32,000 bases of DNA from Ktedonobacterales bacterium (GTDB lineage Bacteria; Chloroflexota; Ktedonobacteria; Ktedonobacterales; JADMIN01): assembly GCA_030167145.1 (NCBI GenBank), contig CP126532.1, positions 2,940,001-2,972,000 of the forward strand. Direction: 5' to 3'. Both the position numbers and the translations under genes were made by a program. Within the stretch, counting starts at the first letter, position 1; each line of letters starts with the position of its first letter. This document shows positions 1-8,194 of the stretch, one piece after another. Under the pieces are notes generated by a model. That model was not told the DNA's origin and did no database searches. It was given only the letters and a program-made list of their open reading frames with translations.

Positions 1-581
1 TTGTTGCACGACGAGCCGATGGAGACGTAGAGCCGACCATCGGGGCCGATCAGCACGGTGCGGGTGAAGTGGCGTCCGCCGGTGGGCAGGTCGGGCACGA
101 TCACTTGTTTTCCTGTCACGGTCGTGCCATCGGGGCCGAGCGCGAACCGTGTCACCTGCGAGCCTTCGCCGACGTAGAGCGCGCCCTGATACACGACGAC
201 ACTGCTAGGCAGATTGAGTCCGCTGGCGACGGTCGTCTTCGCGGTGGCTTTGCCGGTGTGGTTGGGGTCGCGCAGCGCGAGGACGCTGCCGCCGCCCATC
301 TGCGCGACGTAGAGCGTGCCATCGGGGCCGAAGGTGATGAAGCGCGGCGTCTTCAGGCCGGAGGCGTAGAGCGTGATACGGAATCCGGCTGGCGCATGGA
401 GGTAGCTCACCGCTGGCTGCGCGGTGCCGCTGGTGGCGCTGGGGCTGCCGCTCGCGCCTGTGGCGGCAGTGGTGGGTGCGCGCGATGTGTCGCCGGTGGG
501 CGTGCAGGCGGTGGCGAGGAGGAGCAGCGCCAGCGATAGGAACGGCAGTGTATGCGCCTTCGTCCGTGATCGTATGCCCAT
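1..581 (-). CDS. PQQ-dependent sugar dehydrogenase-like protein (soluble aldose/sorbosone dehydrogenase family), N-terminal part; gene runs off the left window edge
   Basis: Absent from the ORF track because it is open at the window edge. My minus-strand translation from ATG 581-579 reads MGIRSRTKAHTLPFLSLALLLLATACTPTGD...FRITLYASGLKTPRFITFGPDGTLYVAQMGGGSVLALRD...GALYVGEGSQVTRFALGPDGT...LPTGGRHFTRTVLIGPDGRLYVSIGSSCN. It has a signal peptide with a Cys, repeated GPDGxLYV blades and a GGRHxTR motif typical of this family. SD AAAGGA lies about 6 nt upstream. Confidence 0.7.
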   Translation of the reverse strand, partial: MGIRSRTKAHTLPFLSLALLLLATACTPTGDTSRAPTTAATGASGSPSATSGTAQPAVSYLHAPAGFRITLYASGLKTPRFITFGPDGTLYVAQMGGGSVLALRDPNHTGKATAKTTVASGLNLPSSVVVYQGALYVGEGSQVTRFALGPDGTTVTGKQVIVPDLPTGGRHFTRTVLIGPDGRLYVSIGSSCN

Positions 582-782
582 GCGCGTTCCTTTCCCTGTA
601 TCTCCCTGCCTTGTGTTTGCCGGTGCGGTCCGCGATTGTCTCCCCAGTGTAGCCCATGCGTGAGCTTGTGTGCCATGGCCCATGACGTGACGGTCAGGCA
701 GGGTGTTACCGGCGCTGGTATAGTGTAGAAGAAGCGCCCGACATGGAAAATGTTTCGCCTAGAGAACAGAAATGAGTCGCAT

Positions 783-1235
783 ATGTCCGACATTACGCTC
801 CAGGTTGGCGATCTCGCGCCGGATTTCACACTGCCCGACGAGGACGGTAATCCCGTCGCACTCTCTGGATTCCGTGGCAAGCGCGTGGTGGTCTATTTCT
901 ATCCAATGGATGATACCCCCGGCTGCACGACGCAAGCCTGCGGCTTCCGCGACGCCTATCCCGAGATTCAGGAGCGTAACGCGGTGGTGCTGGGCATCAG
1001 CCCGGACGGCACGGAATCGCATCTGGCATTCAAGAGCAAGTTCAATCTGCCGTTCAGGCTGCTCGTGGACGCCGATCACGCGGTGGCCGACGCCTATGGC
1101 ACGTGGAACGCCGAGTCGGGGTACATTCGTCGCAGCCACTTCATTGTGGATGAGACGGGCCACCTCGCCGATGTACAGGTGGGCATCAAGGCAAATGACA
1201 GCGTGCAGCGCGCCCTCGACTCGCTGCGCGGGTAG
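783..1235 (+). CDS. bcp: thioredoxin-dependent thiol peroxidase (peroxiredoxin Bcp)
   Basis: MSDITLQVGDLAPDFTLPDEDGNPVALSGFRGKRVVVYFYPMDDTPGCTTQACGFRD matches the Bcp/AhpC-TSA N-terminus and the catalytic TPGCT motif. The ORF opens at 750, but ATG 783 aligns with the start of E. coli-type Bcp. The start choice is uncertain. Confidence 0.9.
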   Translation: MSDITLQVGDLAPDFTLPDEDGNPVALSGFRGKRVVVYFYPMDDTPGCTTQACGFRDAYPEIQERNAVVLGISPDGTESHLAFKSKFNLPFRLLVDADHAVADAYGTWNAESGYIRRSHFIVDETGHLADVQVGIKANDSVQRALDSLRG

Positions 1236-1264
1236 CAATGGCGCGGGTGGGTGAGCGGCGGCAA

Positions 1265-1459
1265 CTACACGTGATGCCGCGCCCACCCTGGCGCATCGCT
1301 CGCTGGGAAAGATTCCTCCGACGCTTGGGTGACCCGGTCCAGCGGCTCGACATCCGCATCCATCGCCGTTTCGGTCCGCTTATCGGCGGCGCGGTCCGCG
1401 CGTATGCCCGTTGGGGGCGGTTCATTATCGGCGGTGTGCTCTCGCGTACGCTCATCCAT
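1265..1459 (-). CDS. small conserved hypothetical protein with C-terminal ESFPASD motif
   Basis: 64-aa ORF ending ...DRVTQASEESFPASDAPGWARHHV. I recall the E-S-F-P-A-S-D-(A/P)-P motif from many small uncharacterised bacterial proteins. GAAGGGG lies about 9 nt upstream of the ATG, and a TACACT -10-like element sits about 40 nt upstream. Confidence 0.5.
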   Translation of the reverse strand: MDERTREHTADNEPPPTGIRADRAADKRTETAMDADVEPLDRVTQASEESFPASDAPGWARHHV

Positions 1460-1569
1460 GCTGCATTACCCCTTCACTCACTGACTCTGCCACGTCCAGT
1501 GTAGCGCGCCCATGACGTTCCTGCCACGGGCACGCTCAGAGGTGAAGCGAATTCGTTATGCCCTCCGCG

Positions 1570-2886
1570 TCATGCGCTGACCCAGGCGATGCCCCAGGGC
1601 GACTGCGCCTCGCCCCAGAGCGACTGCGCCGATTGCGGTGCGGCCAGCGCTATCGCGAGCAGGCCGTGCGCGGGATCGGTGGCGTAGAGCAGCTTGCCAT
1701 TCGCGCTGAGGGCCACACTGGTGAACGCCTCATCGGCGGCATACGCCCGCTGGACGTGCAGATCGCTGGCACGGATCGCCCAGACGCCGCGCAGGCCCGC
1801 CACGTAGAGCGTTTGCCCATCGGGTGAGAGCGCCGCGCCGTGGTAGAGTGTGCGCGCGGCATCGGTTGCCGTTGCGTTTGCCGTCGCGTCGAAGCGATTG
1901 GTCATCTCCACATTGTCTTCATAGATGTTATCGCCGTGCAGGCCGATGGCGGCCACGACACCCAGCGCGCCATTCGCGGCGTAGAGATAGGCGCCATCGG
2001 GCGAGCGCGTGAGCGTGTAGAAGCGCAGCAGATCGGCGGAAGCGCCGGACGGCAAATCCACGCAGCGCGCGAAGGGCGGCCCATCGGGTCCGGCGGCGAG
2101 CGGCAGGATATGCACAAATGCGTGATTGTGCGCTGGATCAATGTAGAGCGTATACGCCATGCCGCCATCGTCCGACATTTGCCGTGTTACTGCTGTGCCG
2201 ACCATCTTGGTTTCGTTGATCTCGGACTTGTCCACAATGATCGTGTCCAGCAGGTGGCGCCCGTTCAAGTCATAGGCGCGCACATAGTAGTGGTGGTCCG
2301 CGTCGTTCAGGTTCTGCAAGAGGTAGAGCATCGCCCCATTCGGCGAGATGGCGTCCAGGTCGAAATCACCGGGCAGCGAGATCGTCTGCGCCAGGGTCCG
2401 CGCCTGGGTATCCACCACGGCGAAGCCGCTGCCCGTTTCCGCCTGCCCTGCCTGCCGCAGCACGAGCCAGCGCCCGTCCGGCGAGATGACCGCGCCCGCG
2501 TAGCCACGTCCGTCCATCGCATACGCGCCAGCGATGGTGAATGTGCTGAGCTTCGCGCCGGTGCGGGTGTCATAGGCGCTGATGCTGGTGTGGCCATTGG
2601 CGGTGGTTGCGGCGTAGAGCCGCTGGTGATCTTGCGTCGTCAGGCCCATGGGCAGCGTGAGCAGCGGCGACGCCGTGCCGTTCGCCGGACGCAAGGCGAC
2701 GATTCCGGCGGCGCTGCTGGAATATGGGCCATTCACGATATATACGACTTCTCCCGCTGGGACCGGCGATGCCGTCTTCGTCGAGCGGCTACCAGCGGAT
2801 ACTCCGCAGGCGGCGAGCATGATGCTGAGCGCAAGCGCCCCGCTCGCCAGCAGCGAGCGCATCTGTGGTGCTTTTGTTGTCTTCAT
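1570..2886 (-). CDS. beta-propeller repeat lipoprotein (YVTN/YncE-like), unknown function
   Basis: Start placed at ATG 2886 (MKTTKAPQMRSLLASGALALSIMLAACG, signal peptide plus lipobox Cys), preceded by GAGGAGG. The ORF track start at 2955 has no such support. The body has repeated SPDG..LY / (A/L)YA propeller-type strands. It begins 16 nt after the upstream lipoprotein gene ends. Confidence 0.75.
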   Translation of the reverse strand: MKTTKAPQMRSLLASGALALSIMLAACGVSAGSRSTKTASPVPAGEVVYIVNGPYSSSAAGIVALRPANGTASPLLTLPMGLTTQDHQRLYAATTANGHTSISAYDTRTGAKLSTFTIAGAYAMDGRGYAGAVISPDGRWLVLRQAGQAETGSGFAVVDTQARTLAQTISLPGDFDLDAISPNGAMLYLLQNLNDADHHYYVRAYDLNGRHLLDTIIVDKSEINETKMVGTAVTRQMSDDGGMAYTLYIDPAHNHAFVHILPLAAGPDGPPFARCVDLPSGASADLLRFYTLTRSPDGAYLYAANGALGVVAAIGLHGDNIYEDNVEMTNRFDATANATATDAARTLYHGAALSPDGQTLYVAGLRGVWAIRASDLHVQRAYAADEAFTSVALSANGKLLYATDPAHGLLAIALAAPQSAQSLWGEAQSPWGIAWVSA

Positions 2887-2902
2887 TGCATGCGCCTCCT
2901 CA

Positions 2903-3613
2903 TCAGCGCCCAAAGGAATAGATCGTGTGCCATCCACCTGTGGGCCAGGCGACATCCAGCTCGTAGCAACCAGCAGCGAGCACGATGACGCCGATGCCCC
3001 AGATATTCCAGTGGCCGGTGCTGTTGTCCGTGCTGCCGCGATTGGGGGCCGCTGGGTCGAGCACGGCGTGCGTGGTGTAGATGGACTGCGCGTCGGGATT
3101 GGTGACCGGAATGCTGTTGCTCGGATAGATCTGGAACCAGAGCGGGGTATTGGTGCGTGTCTCGTGTCCGGTCAGTGTGACGGGTTGAGCATAGTTTGGC
3201 CCGACGAGCCACATCACCTTCGTGGAAGGGTAGAGCTGGCCGCTATGGGGTGTGAAGTCGAGATGGAGCGTATCGCCGCCCGCGCCCAGCCCAAGCTGCC
3301 ACGCAGGGGAGCTGCCCGCAACTGTGAGCGTGCCGATAAAGCCGCCACCGAAGTTCTCCTGCGTCATCGTCTGAATCGGCGGCGCAGCAGGGCAATTGCT
3401 GGGCGCAGACCCCAGTGGCCCACTCACCGGCGGCGGACGGAGGCTGGTATCAGGTGTAGCGGTGGGGCTGGCCATGGTAGTAGCCGTGGACGGTGAGGCC
3501 GCGGGCGGCGGAGCCGTGATCGTACTCGTGCATCCCACGAGCAGAAGCGCCACCAGCCCGCAGATCGTCGTCCTCATGCCCCAGCCGCGTAGTATTTGTC
3601 GTGACAGACGCAT
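2903..3613 (-). CDS. lipoprotein, unknown function
   Basis: MRLSRQILRGWGMRTTICGLVALLLVGCTS (signal peptide, lipobox LVGC) followed by a Pro/Ala/Thr-rich linker. A strong SD GGGAGGGAGG lies upstream of ATG 3613. Same strand as the anti-sigma gene and immediately downstream of it. Confidence 0.6.
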   Translation of the reverse strand: MRLSRQILRGWGMRTTICGLVALLLVGCTSTITAPPPAASPSTATTMASPTATPDTSLRPPPVSGPLGSAPSNCPAAPPIQTMTQENFGGGFIGTLTVAGSSPAWQLGLGAGGDTLHLDFTPHSGQLYPSTKVMWLVGPNYAQPVTLTGHETRTNTPLWFQIYPSNSIPVTNPDAQSIYTTHAVLDPAAPNRGSTDNSTGHWNIWGIGVIVLAAGCYELDVAWPTGGWHTIYSFGR

Positions 3614-3637
3614 AAACTATCCTCCCTCCCCGCATCC

Positions 3638-4573
3638 TCAGCGCAGCGATTCGGCGATTTGCACCGCCTGATCCAGTGGCAAGGTGGTCTCCAGTCGGTA
3701 GGTGATGCCGTGCTCTTCCCACACCAGCACATGCCCATTCACCAGCACACGCATGGTATAGCTGACCTGGCCCCCGCTGTAGACCGCCACGAAATACGGA
3801 CCCTCGGTCCAGAGCGCGGGTTGCCCGTCAACCGTCGTCTCGGCGACGACGCGCGCCTGGCTCTTCTGCACAAACACATCTGACGTCATCTCGAAGAGCG
3901 CCAGCCGTGGCGTGCTTGGGTGCGCGGGATCGGTCCAGACTAGGGCGACCATCGGCCCATCGAGTTGTTGCAGATAGACGTATTGCGGCGGCCCCAGGTC
4001 CGGCGGATAGGTGGGCAGGTGGATAGGAAAGCCCGCCTGTGCGCGCGCCTGCGCCAGCGTTGTTGCGCCCGCGAGATCGAGCAGCGAGGGCAGCGGCGTC
4101 GGCAGCGGCGTGGGACTGCTGTGCGGCGCAGGTGTGGCCGATGGTTCGGTCCCCAGCCCAATGCGTACCGCGCCGATGCGAATCAGGCTCGCGACCCCTG
4201 CGCGTGCGGGCGGCGTGATGAGCAGCAGCGCCAGCAGCACCAACGCCGCCAGTTGCAGCCAGCCGCGCCACGTCAGCCGCCGGATGCGCCGTGGCAGTGC
4301 GCGCGCGTGTCCATTCGCGTGGCCGTTTCCTGGCGTGCCTGTATCTGGCGGCGAATCGGAACCCGTCGCGGGCGCCCCCACCAGCCGCGCTTCGAGTTCC
4401 GCCGCGAACGTGGCATCTGGCGCAATGCTGTGGCCTAGCCCGACCAGCGCCCCCACGAAGGCGATATCGGCTGTTGTGGTGGACGAGGGTGGGGCTGGCT
4501 CCGCGCCGGCCAGGAACGCCCGGATCGCCGCGTCCAGTTCGTCAGCCAGCCGTGCGTCAGGGTACTGATTCAT
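3638..4573 (-). CDS. membrane-anchored anti-sigma factor (DUF4367-like extracytoplasmic domain)
   Basis: Its ATG overlaps the sigma gene TGA as ATGA at 4570-4573, implying translational coupling. It has a short cytoplasmic N-terminus, one TM segment (WLQLAALVLLALLLI) and a Pro/Ser-rich linker. The C-terminal domain (...GQPALWTEGPYFVAVY...VNGHVLVWEEHGITYRLETTLPLDQAVQIAESLR) resembles DUF4367-type anti-sigma ectodomains as I remember them. Confidence 0.65.
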   Translation of the reverse strand: MNQYPDARLADELDAAIRAFLAGAEPAPPSSTTTADIAFVGALVGLGHSIAPDATFAAELEARLVGAPATGSDSPPDTGTPGNGHANGHARALPRRIRRLTWRGWLQLAALVLLALLLITPPARAGVASLIRIGAVRIGLGTEPSATPAPHSSPTPLPTPLPSLLDLAGATTLAQARAQAGFPIHLPTYPPDLGPPQYVYLQQLDGPMVALVWTDPAHPSTPRLALFEMTSDVFVQKSQARVVAETTVDGQPALWTEGPYFVAVYSGGQVSYTMRVLVNGHVLVWEEHGITYRLETTLPLDQAVQIAESLR

Positions 4574-5163
4574 GGCTCCGCCTCGATTCTGAACGCCAGC
4601 CGTGCGCGCAGATCCTGCACGCCCCGATGGACCAACATCTTGACCGCCGCTTCGCTCTTGCCCAGCACGGCGGCCGCCTCCGCGCTGCTCAGTCCGCCGA
4701 AGATACGTAGCGCCAGCGCCTCCGCGCGCTCCGGCGCCAGCGCTTGAAGCCCACGCGCCACCCGTTCGAGGTCAAGTCGCGCCGCGACCACCTCTTCGGG
4801 CGGCGGCTCGCGCGAGGCGACCTGTGCGGCCTCTTCCAGTGGCGCAACGGCCCGGCGGCTACGTATCACGTCGGTGACTTTGTGGCGCGCGATGCTCAGC
4901 AGCCACGCGGAAAACGCGCCTGTGCCGCGAAAGCTGCCGATGGCTTCGAGCGCGGCCAGGAAGGTCTGCGAGGTTACATCCTGCGCCTGCTGCTCGTTGC
5001 CCAGTTGCGCCAGCGCGTAGCGATAGACACGCGGCAGGTAGCGCTGGTACAACTCCGCGAAGGCCGCGCGATCCCCCGCCGCGCGCCGCGCCAGTTCGTC
5101 ATCGCTGGCGACCAGCGGCGTCGCGGCCTGTCCCTCCGGCGGGTTGTGCTGGAGATCAGCCAT
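4570..5163 (-). CDS. ECF-type RNA polymerase sigma factor (sigma-70 family, group 4)
   Basis: Region 2 is FAELYQRYLPRVYRYALAQLGNEQQAQDVTSQTFLAALE. Region 4 HTH is LSSAEAAAVLGKSEAAVKMLVHRGVQDLR. The 197-aa length is typical. Confidence 0.9.
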   Translation of the reverse strand: MADLQHNPPEGQAATPLVASDDELARRAAGDRAAFAELYQRYLPRVYRYALAQLGNEQQAQDVTSQTFLAALEAIGSFRGTGAFSAWLLSIARHKVTDVIRSRRAVAPLEEAAQVASREPPPEEVVAARLDLERVARGLQALAPERAEALALRIFGGLSSAEAAAVLGKSEAAVKMLVHRGVQDLRARLAFRIEAEP

Positions 5164-5430
5164 CGCGCGCCCGTTTCCTCCGTGTCAACTTTTTGCGCCG
5201 CGCTCATTGCTCCCATAGCTTGTCACGCTCGATGCCAGCGTGTGCTATGCCCGTTCGCGTTCGCGATGTCTGTATGTCGGGGAAACGTGGGAAGGATAAC
5301 AGGGAAGTTTCATCGCTGTGCTGGCGCTTGTTTTGCTGACCGGCTATCGGCAGCCAGTCTCTTGTCCTGCTATGGGATAATGAAGCATAGTCGCTGAAGA
5401 TGATCTGTGTTAGCGGTAAGGCGAATTTGG

Positions 5431-7062
5431 ATGAGTGATGTGCGCACGGTGACGCATCTGCTGCGCCTGAGCGACCGGCGATTCGTCCGCACCCAGCGCC
5501 GCTATTTCTGGCTCAAGTTCTGGTTCTATCTCATTTTGATCCCTCTCTACTGCGCCCTATTTGGACTGGCCATTTGGTTGCTCAACCGCACCTGGCATGG
5601 CGGCGACTGGCTCACTTACTCTATTACCCTTTTAAGTTTGGGAACTTTTGGTATTCCGCTCGCCCGCGTCGCGATCCTGCGAGATTCCCGCGCGCATCTC
5701 TTCGCGCCCGTGGCTGCGCTGCGCCAGGCCGCGCGTACCGGCGACGCCAAACTCGCCCCAGGTGCCGTCGAGCCGTCGGACGCGACCTCGGCAAGTGCAC
5801 TATCCAGTGAGAGCGCTCGCATCGGTCCGCTGCGCCGCCCAGCCAGCGCGTTCGCCATCGTCTGCGTGGCGCTCGGTGCGCTGTTTTTGCTCGTGCTGTT
5901 CGTCTACGTGCCGATTGGGTTTGCGGCGGGCAATCCGTCCGTGGCCGAAGCGCTCATCGTGGCACTGCTGCCGTCTGGTGCGCTGCTCACACTGCTGGGC
6001 TGGCGCCTGCTGAGTCCGCTCTACGTGCGCGCTGGAATGGATGACCTGCGCTGGCGCGGGGCCAGTGGGCGGCTGAGGCGCATATCCTGGCACGCTGTGC
6101 ATGCTTTCTACCGCGTCAGTAATTCGTATGACCGCGAGACGCTGTATGTTCTGGATGCTGGCGCGAGTGTCTTCGCCTGGCGCGCCAGCATGACCGCTAT
6201 AGATGCGCCACAAACCCTCGCCTCCGCACACCTCTGCACAGTTATCACGGCGCGCACTGGTCTGCCACTGCGCGACCTTACCGTGGAAGCGACTCGCATC
6301 GCTGAGCTTGCGCCCTCTGACCCTCCCCTGGCTGGCGGCGCACCTGAGCCAGCGCCCATTCCTGGCATCATCCCTCGGCGCGAGGTACGGCGCAGAGGAC
6401 GCATCGCCGCGATTGCGCTCTCCCCATTCCTGGCGCTGGCGCTCGTCTCGCTCTCGCTGATGATCTATCAGCCGCACTATTACGAGGGTCTCTATTCCCA
6501 GGCGCACGCCCATAGGCCACTCTATAGCGACACCCTCGCGGCTGATGACGGCGACTGGCCGGTGAGCGCTACCATGACATTTTCGGAGCAGGCGTACAAG
6601 ATTACTGATGATGACTCGGAAAGCATCCTGTACGCAGCGATGCCCCATAGCTACGACAATGCCCTGTTCGAGGTGACGGCGCGTACTGTCGGCAGCGACA
6701 ACCTTTCTGGCCCCGGATTTGCCATCAAAGGGCAGCATTTCGCTGATCCACTCCTCGTGTTTTATGTCTCACCAGACGGAACATGGTGGCTTAAGCGCAC
6801 ATCTTCGCTCTTTCGCTACGAGGGGTACAAGTTCATCGAACTCGGCGACAGCAGCGCCATTCATAGCGGATTCGGCGCGGATAATCGCATCGCGGTGTTG
6901 GTTCAGGGGAACAGTTTCACCTTCTACGTCAATGGCACCTACATCACCGGCTACCAGGATGACGCGCTCAGCGGCGGACAGGTGGGGCTATATGCCGATC
7001 CAAGCTACCCGGATCCGAACAGCCATTACTTTCGTGACTTCGCTATCTATCCCCTGGGGTGA
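5431..7062 (+). CDS. polytopic membrane protein with C-terminal concanavalin/LamG-like (DUF1080-like) beta-sandwich domain
   Basis: Several hydrophobic segments lie in the N-terminal 360 aa. The C-terminal ~170 aa (FEVTARTVGSDNLSGPGFAIKG...NRIAVLVQGNSFTFYVNGTYITGYQDDALSGGQVGLYAD) resembles lectin-like jelly-roll domains. ATG 5431 is preferred over GTG 5407; the start is uncertain. Confidence 0.6.
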   Translation: MSDVRTVTHLLRLSDRRFVRTQRRYFWLKFWFYLILIPLYCALFGLAIWLLNRTWHGGDWLTYSITLLSLGTFGIPLARVAILRDSRAHLFAPVAALRQAARTGDAKLAPGAVEPSDATSASALSSESARIGPLRRPASAFAIVCVALGALFLLVLFVYVPIGFAAGNPSVAEALIVALLPSGALLTLLGWRLLSPLYVRAGMDDLRWRGASGRLRRISWHAVHAFYRVSNSYDRETLYVLDAGASVFAWRASMTAIDAPQTLASAHLCTVITARTGLPLRDLTVEATRIAELAPSDPPLAGGAPEPAPIPGIIPRREVRRRGRIAAIALSPFLALALVSLSLMIYQPHYYEGLYSQAHAHRPLYSDTLAADDGDWPVSATMTFSEQAYKITDDDSESILYAAMPHSYDNALFEVTARTVGSDNLSGPGFAIKGQHFADPLLVFYVSPDGTWWLKRTSSLFRYEGYKFIELGDSSAIHSGFGADNRIAVLVQGNSFTFYVNGTYITGYQDDALSGGQVGLYADPSYPDPNSHYFRDFAIYPLG

Positions 7063-7095
7063 AACACTCTGGTCGACATAATCACGATCACGAAC

Positions 7096-7185
7096 ACATT
7101 CTTTCACAGAAAGACGAGCAAGCCGCTCACCCCATTGACGCCCGCTGTGTTTTGCATCCTGCTCGCGCTGGCGAGCATCAAATGA
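7096..7185 (+). pseudogene. fragment A of a PadR-like regulator gene 5-prime end (no start codon, stops after ILLALASIK)
   Basis: Reading frame 1 gives ...FFHRKTSKPLTPLTPAVFCILLALASIK-stop. LTPxxFxILLALA is how I remember PadR-family N-termini continuing into DG..HGY. There is no ATG or GTG, and the frame opens directly after the stop of the previous gene. Paralogous to 8042-8168. Confidence 0.4.
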
Positions 7186-7287
7186 TACACTGTTGTGGAC
7201 GGTTGCATGGCTCCAAGGCAAAATGACTCGTTTACAGGCAGGCGCAGTATGACATTTGAAGACGAACCGGTAAGGAGCGAAACACCA

Positions 7288-7545
7288 ATGATGACCACTC
7301 GACTACAACGTGCGCTCCAGCGGATAGATGAGGTTTCTCCTGAACAGCAAGATGAAATCGCAGCCCTCATCGAAGATGCCCTGGCCCCCTATTTGGACCT
7401 GCCCTCCTATGCTGGGTCACTTGCGGGGCTGCTGCCTGATGATGCGGAAGAGCAACTGCTGCAACTGCGCCGAGCCTCGCCACCTTCCCCTCCAATTGAA
7501 GACCAATTACGTGGGTTGATGGAGGACCAGGAGGACCAGGCGTGA
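7288..7545 (+). CDS. type II antitoxin partner of VapC (uncharacterised antitoxin family)
   Basis: MMTTRLQRALQRIDEVSPEQQDEIAALIEDAL... is small and acidic. AAGGAG lies 10 nt upstream of ATG 7288. Its stop TGA (7543-7545) overlaps the GTG start (7542) of the PIN gene. Confidence 0.6.
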   Translation: MMTTRLQRALQRIDEVSPEQQDEIAALIEDALAPYLDLPSYAGSLAGLLPDDAEEQLLQLRRASPPSPPIEDQLRGLMEDQEDQA

Positions 7546-7982
7546 AATATCTGCTCGATACTGGCCCACTGACTGCCTATCTGCTTGGTCGTCAGGGGGC
7601 CGTTACGCGCCTGGATGCGTTGATTCTTCAGGGCGAGGCAGCGACCAGTTCACTGGTCTATGCGGAGGCTATCGAATACTTTCACTCCTTCCCTCACGTT
7701 CAGCAACTACAACAAGCTTTGCGCGGGATTTTGCACCACCAGGTGAAGAAGCTTTATCCGACTTATGCGGTGTGTGAACACTACGCAAGGCTCCGCCGCG
7801 CCATGCGCTTGCAGCGCACATCCACTGGCCAACCGGCAGGATTGATCGGCGATATAGACACAATGATCGCGGCAACCGCACTCGCCCATGATCTAACCGT
7901 CATCACCATTGATGGCGATTTCACGCGCGTTCCTGGCCTATCGTATCAAGTCTTCACGCTTGCGCAGTTACGCTCGCTCTGA
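7542..7982 (+). CDS. vapC: PIN-domain ribonuclease toxin VapC
   Basis: MKYLLDTGPL... has the PIN acidic residues in the expected places (LLDTG, YAEAIE, IGDIDTMIAATA, TIDGDF). The GTGA overlap with the upstream antitoxin is typical of vapBC. Confidence 0.85.
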   Translation: MKYLLDTGPLTAYLLGRQGAVTRLDALILQGEAATSSLVYAEAIEYFHSFPHVQQLQQALRGILHHQVKKLYPTYAVCEHYARLRRAMRLQRTSTGQPAGLIGDIDTMIAATALAHDLTVITIDGDFTRVPGLSYQVFTLAQLRSL

Positions 7983-8041
7983 TACCCTACTCTGCACCAC
8001 TAGGAAGATTTTCTCCCACTTGACATACGTCCGTGACGGAC

Positions 8042-8168
8042 ATGTACTTATCACAGGAAGACGACCAAGCCGCTCATGCTATTAACGCCCGTCTCGTTTT
8101 ATATTCTGCTCGCGCTGACGTTCGTGTCGATTGCGGGCTGGCCCGTGATCGAGGCAAGTAGTGGGTAA
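8042..8168 (+). pseudogene. fragment B of a PadR-like regulator gene 5-prime end (diverges after ILLALT)
   Basis: The frame gives ...TYHRKTTKPLMLLTPVSFYILLALTFVSIAGWPVIEASSG-stop. Positions 8052-8120 align with 7105-7173 at 55 of 69 positions (hand alignment). The nearby ATG at 8042 is in a different frame. Confidence 0.4.
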
Positions 8169-8194
8169 TCGGAAATGCTCAGGCCATGTGGATG

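Noticed and set aside
1237-1290. GCGCGGGTGGG ... CGCGCCCACCC downstream of bcp as a terminator hairpin.
   Set aside because: The second element is the complement, not the reverse complement, so the two cannot pair. The second element also lies inside the convergent small ORF.
1840-2988. Long ORFs opposite to or out of frame with the called genes. Examples are 1840-2988 (+), 5800-6738 (-), 12006-12908 (+), 12373-13263 (+), 14532-15422 (-), 16139-16939 (-), 20818-21555 (-), 22135-23007 (+) and 27067-28332 (+).
   Set aside because: They are typical high-GC shadow ORFs. Their translations are Arg/Ala/Pro/Gly-rich and low in complexity, with no recognisable motifs or SD. Each fully overlaps a gene with clear family signatures.
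5284-5311. ECF-type promoter GAAAC...CGTT upstream of the sigma factor gene (minus strand).
   Set aside because: The spacer between AAC and CGT is 19 nt, against the usual 16-17. I cannot support it without the ECF-group consensus.
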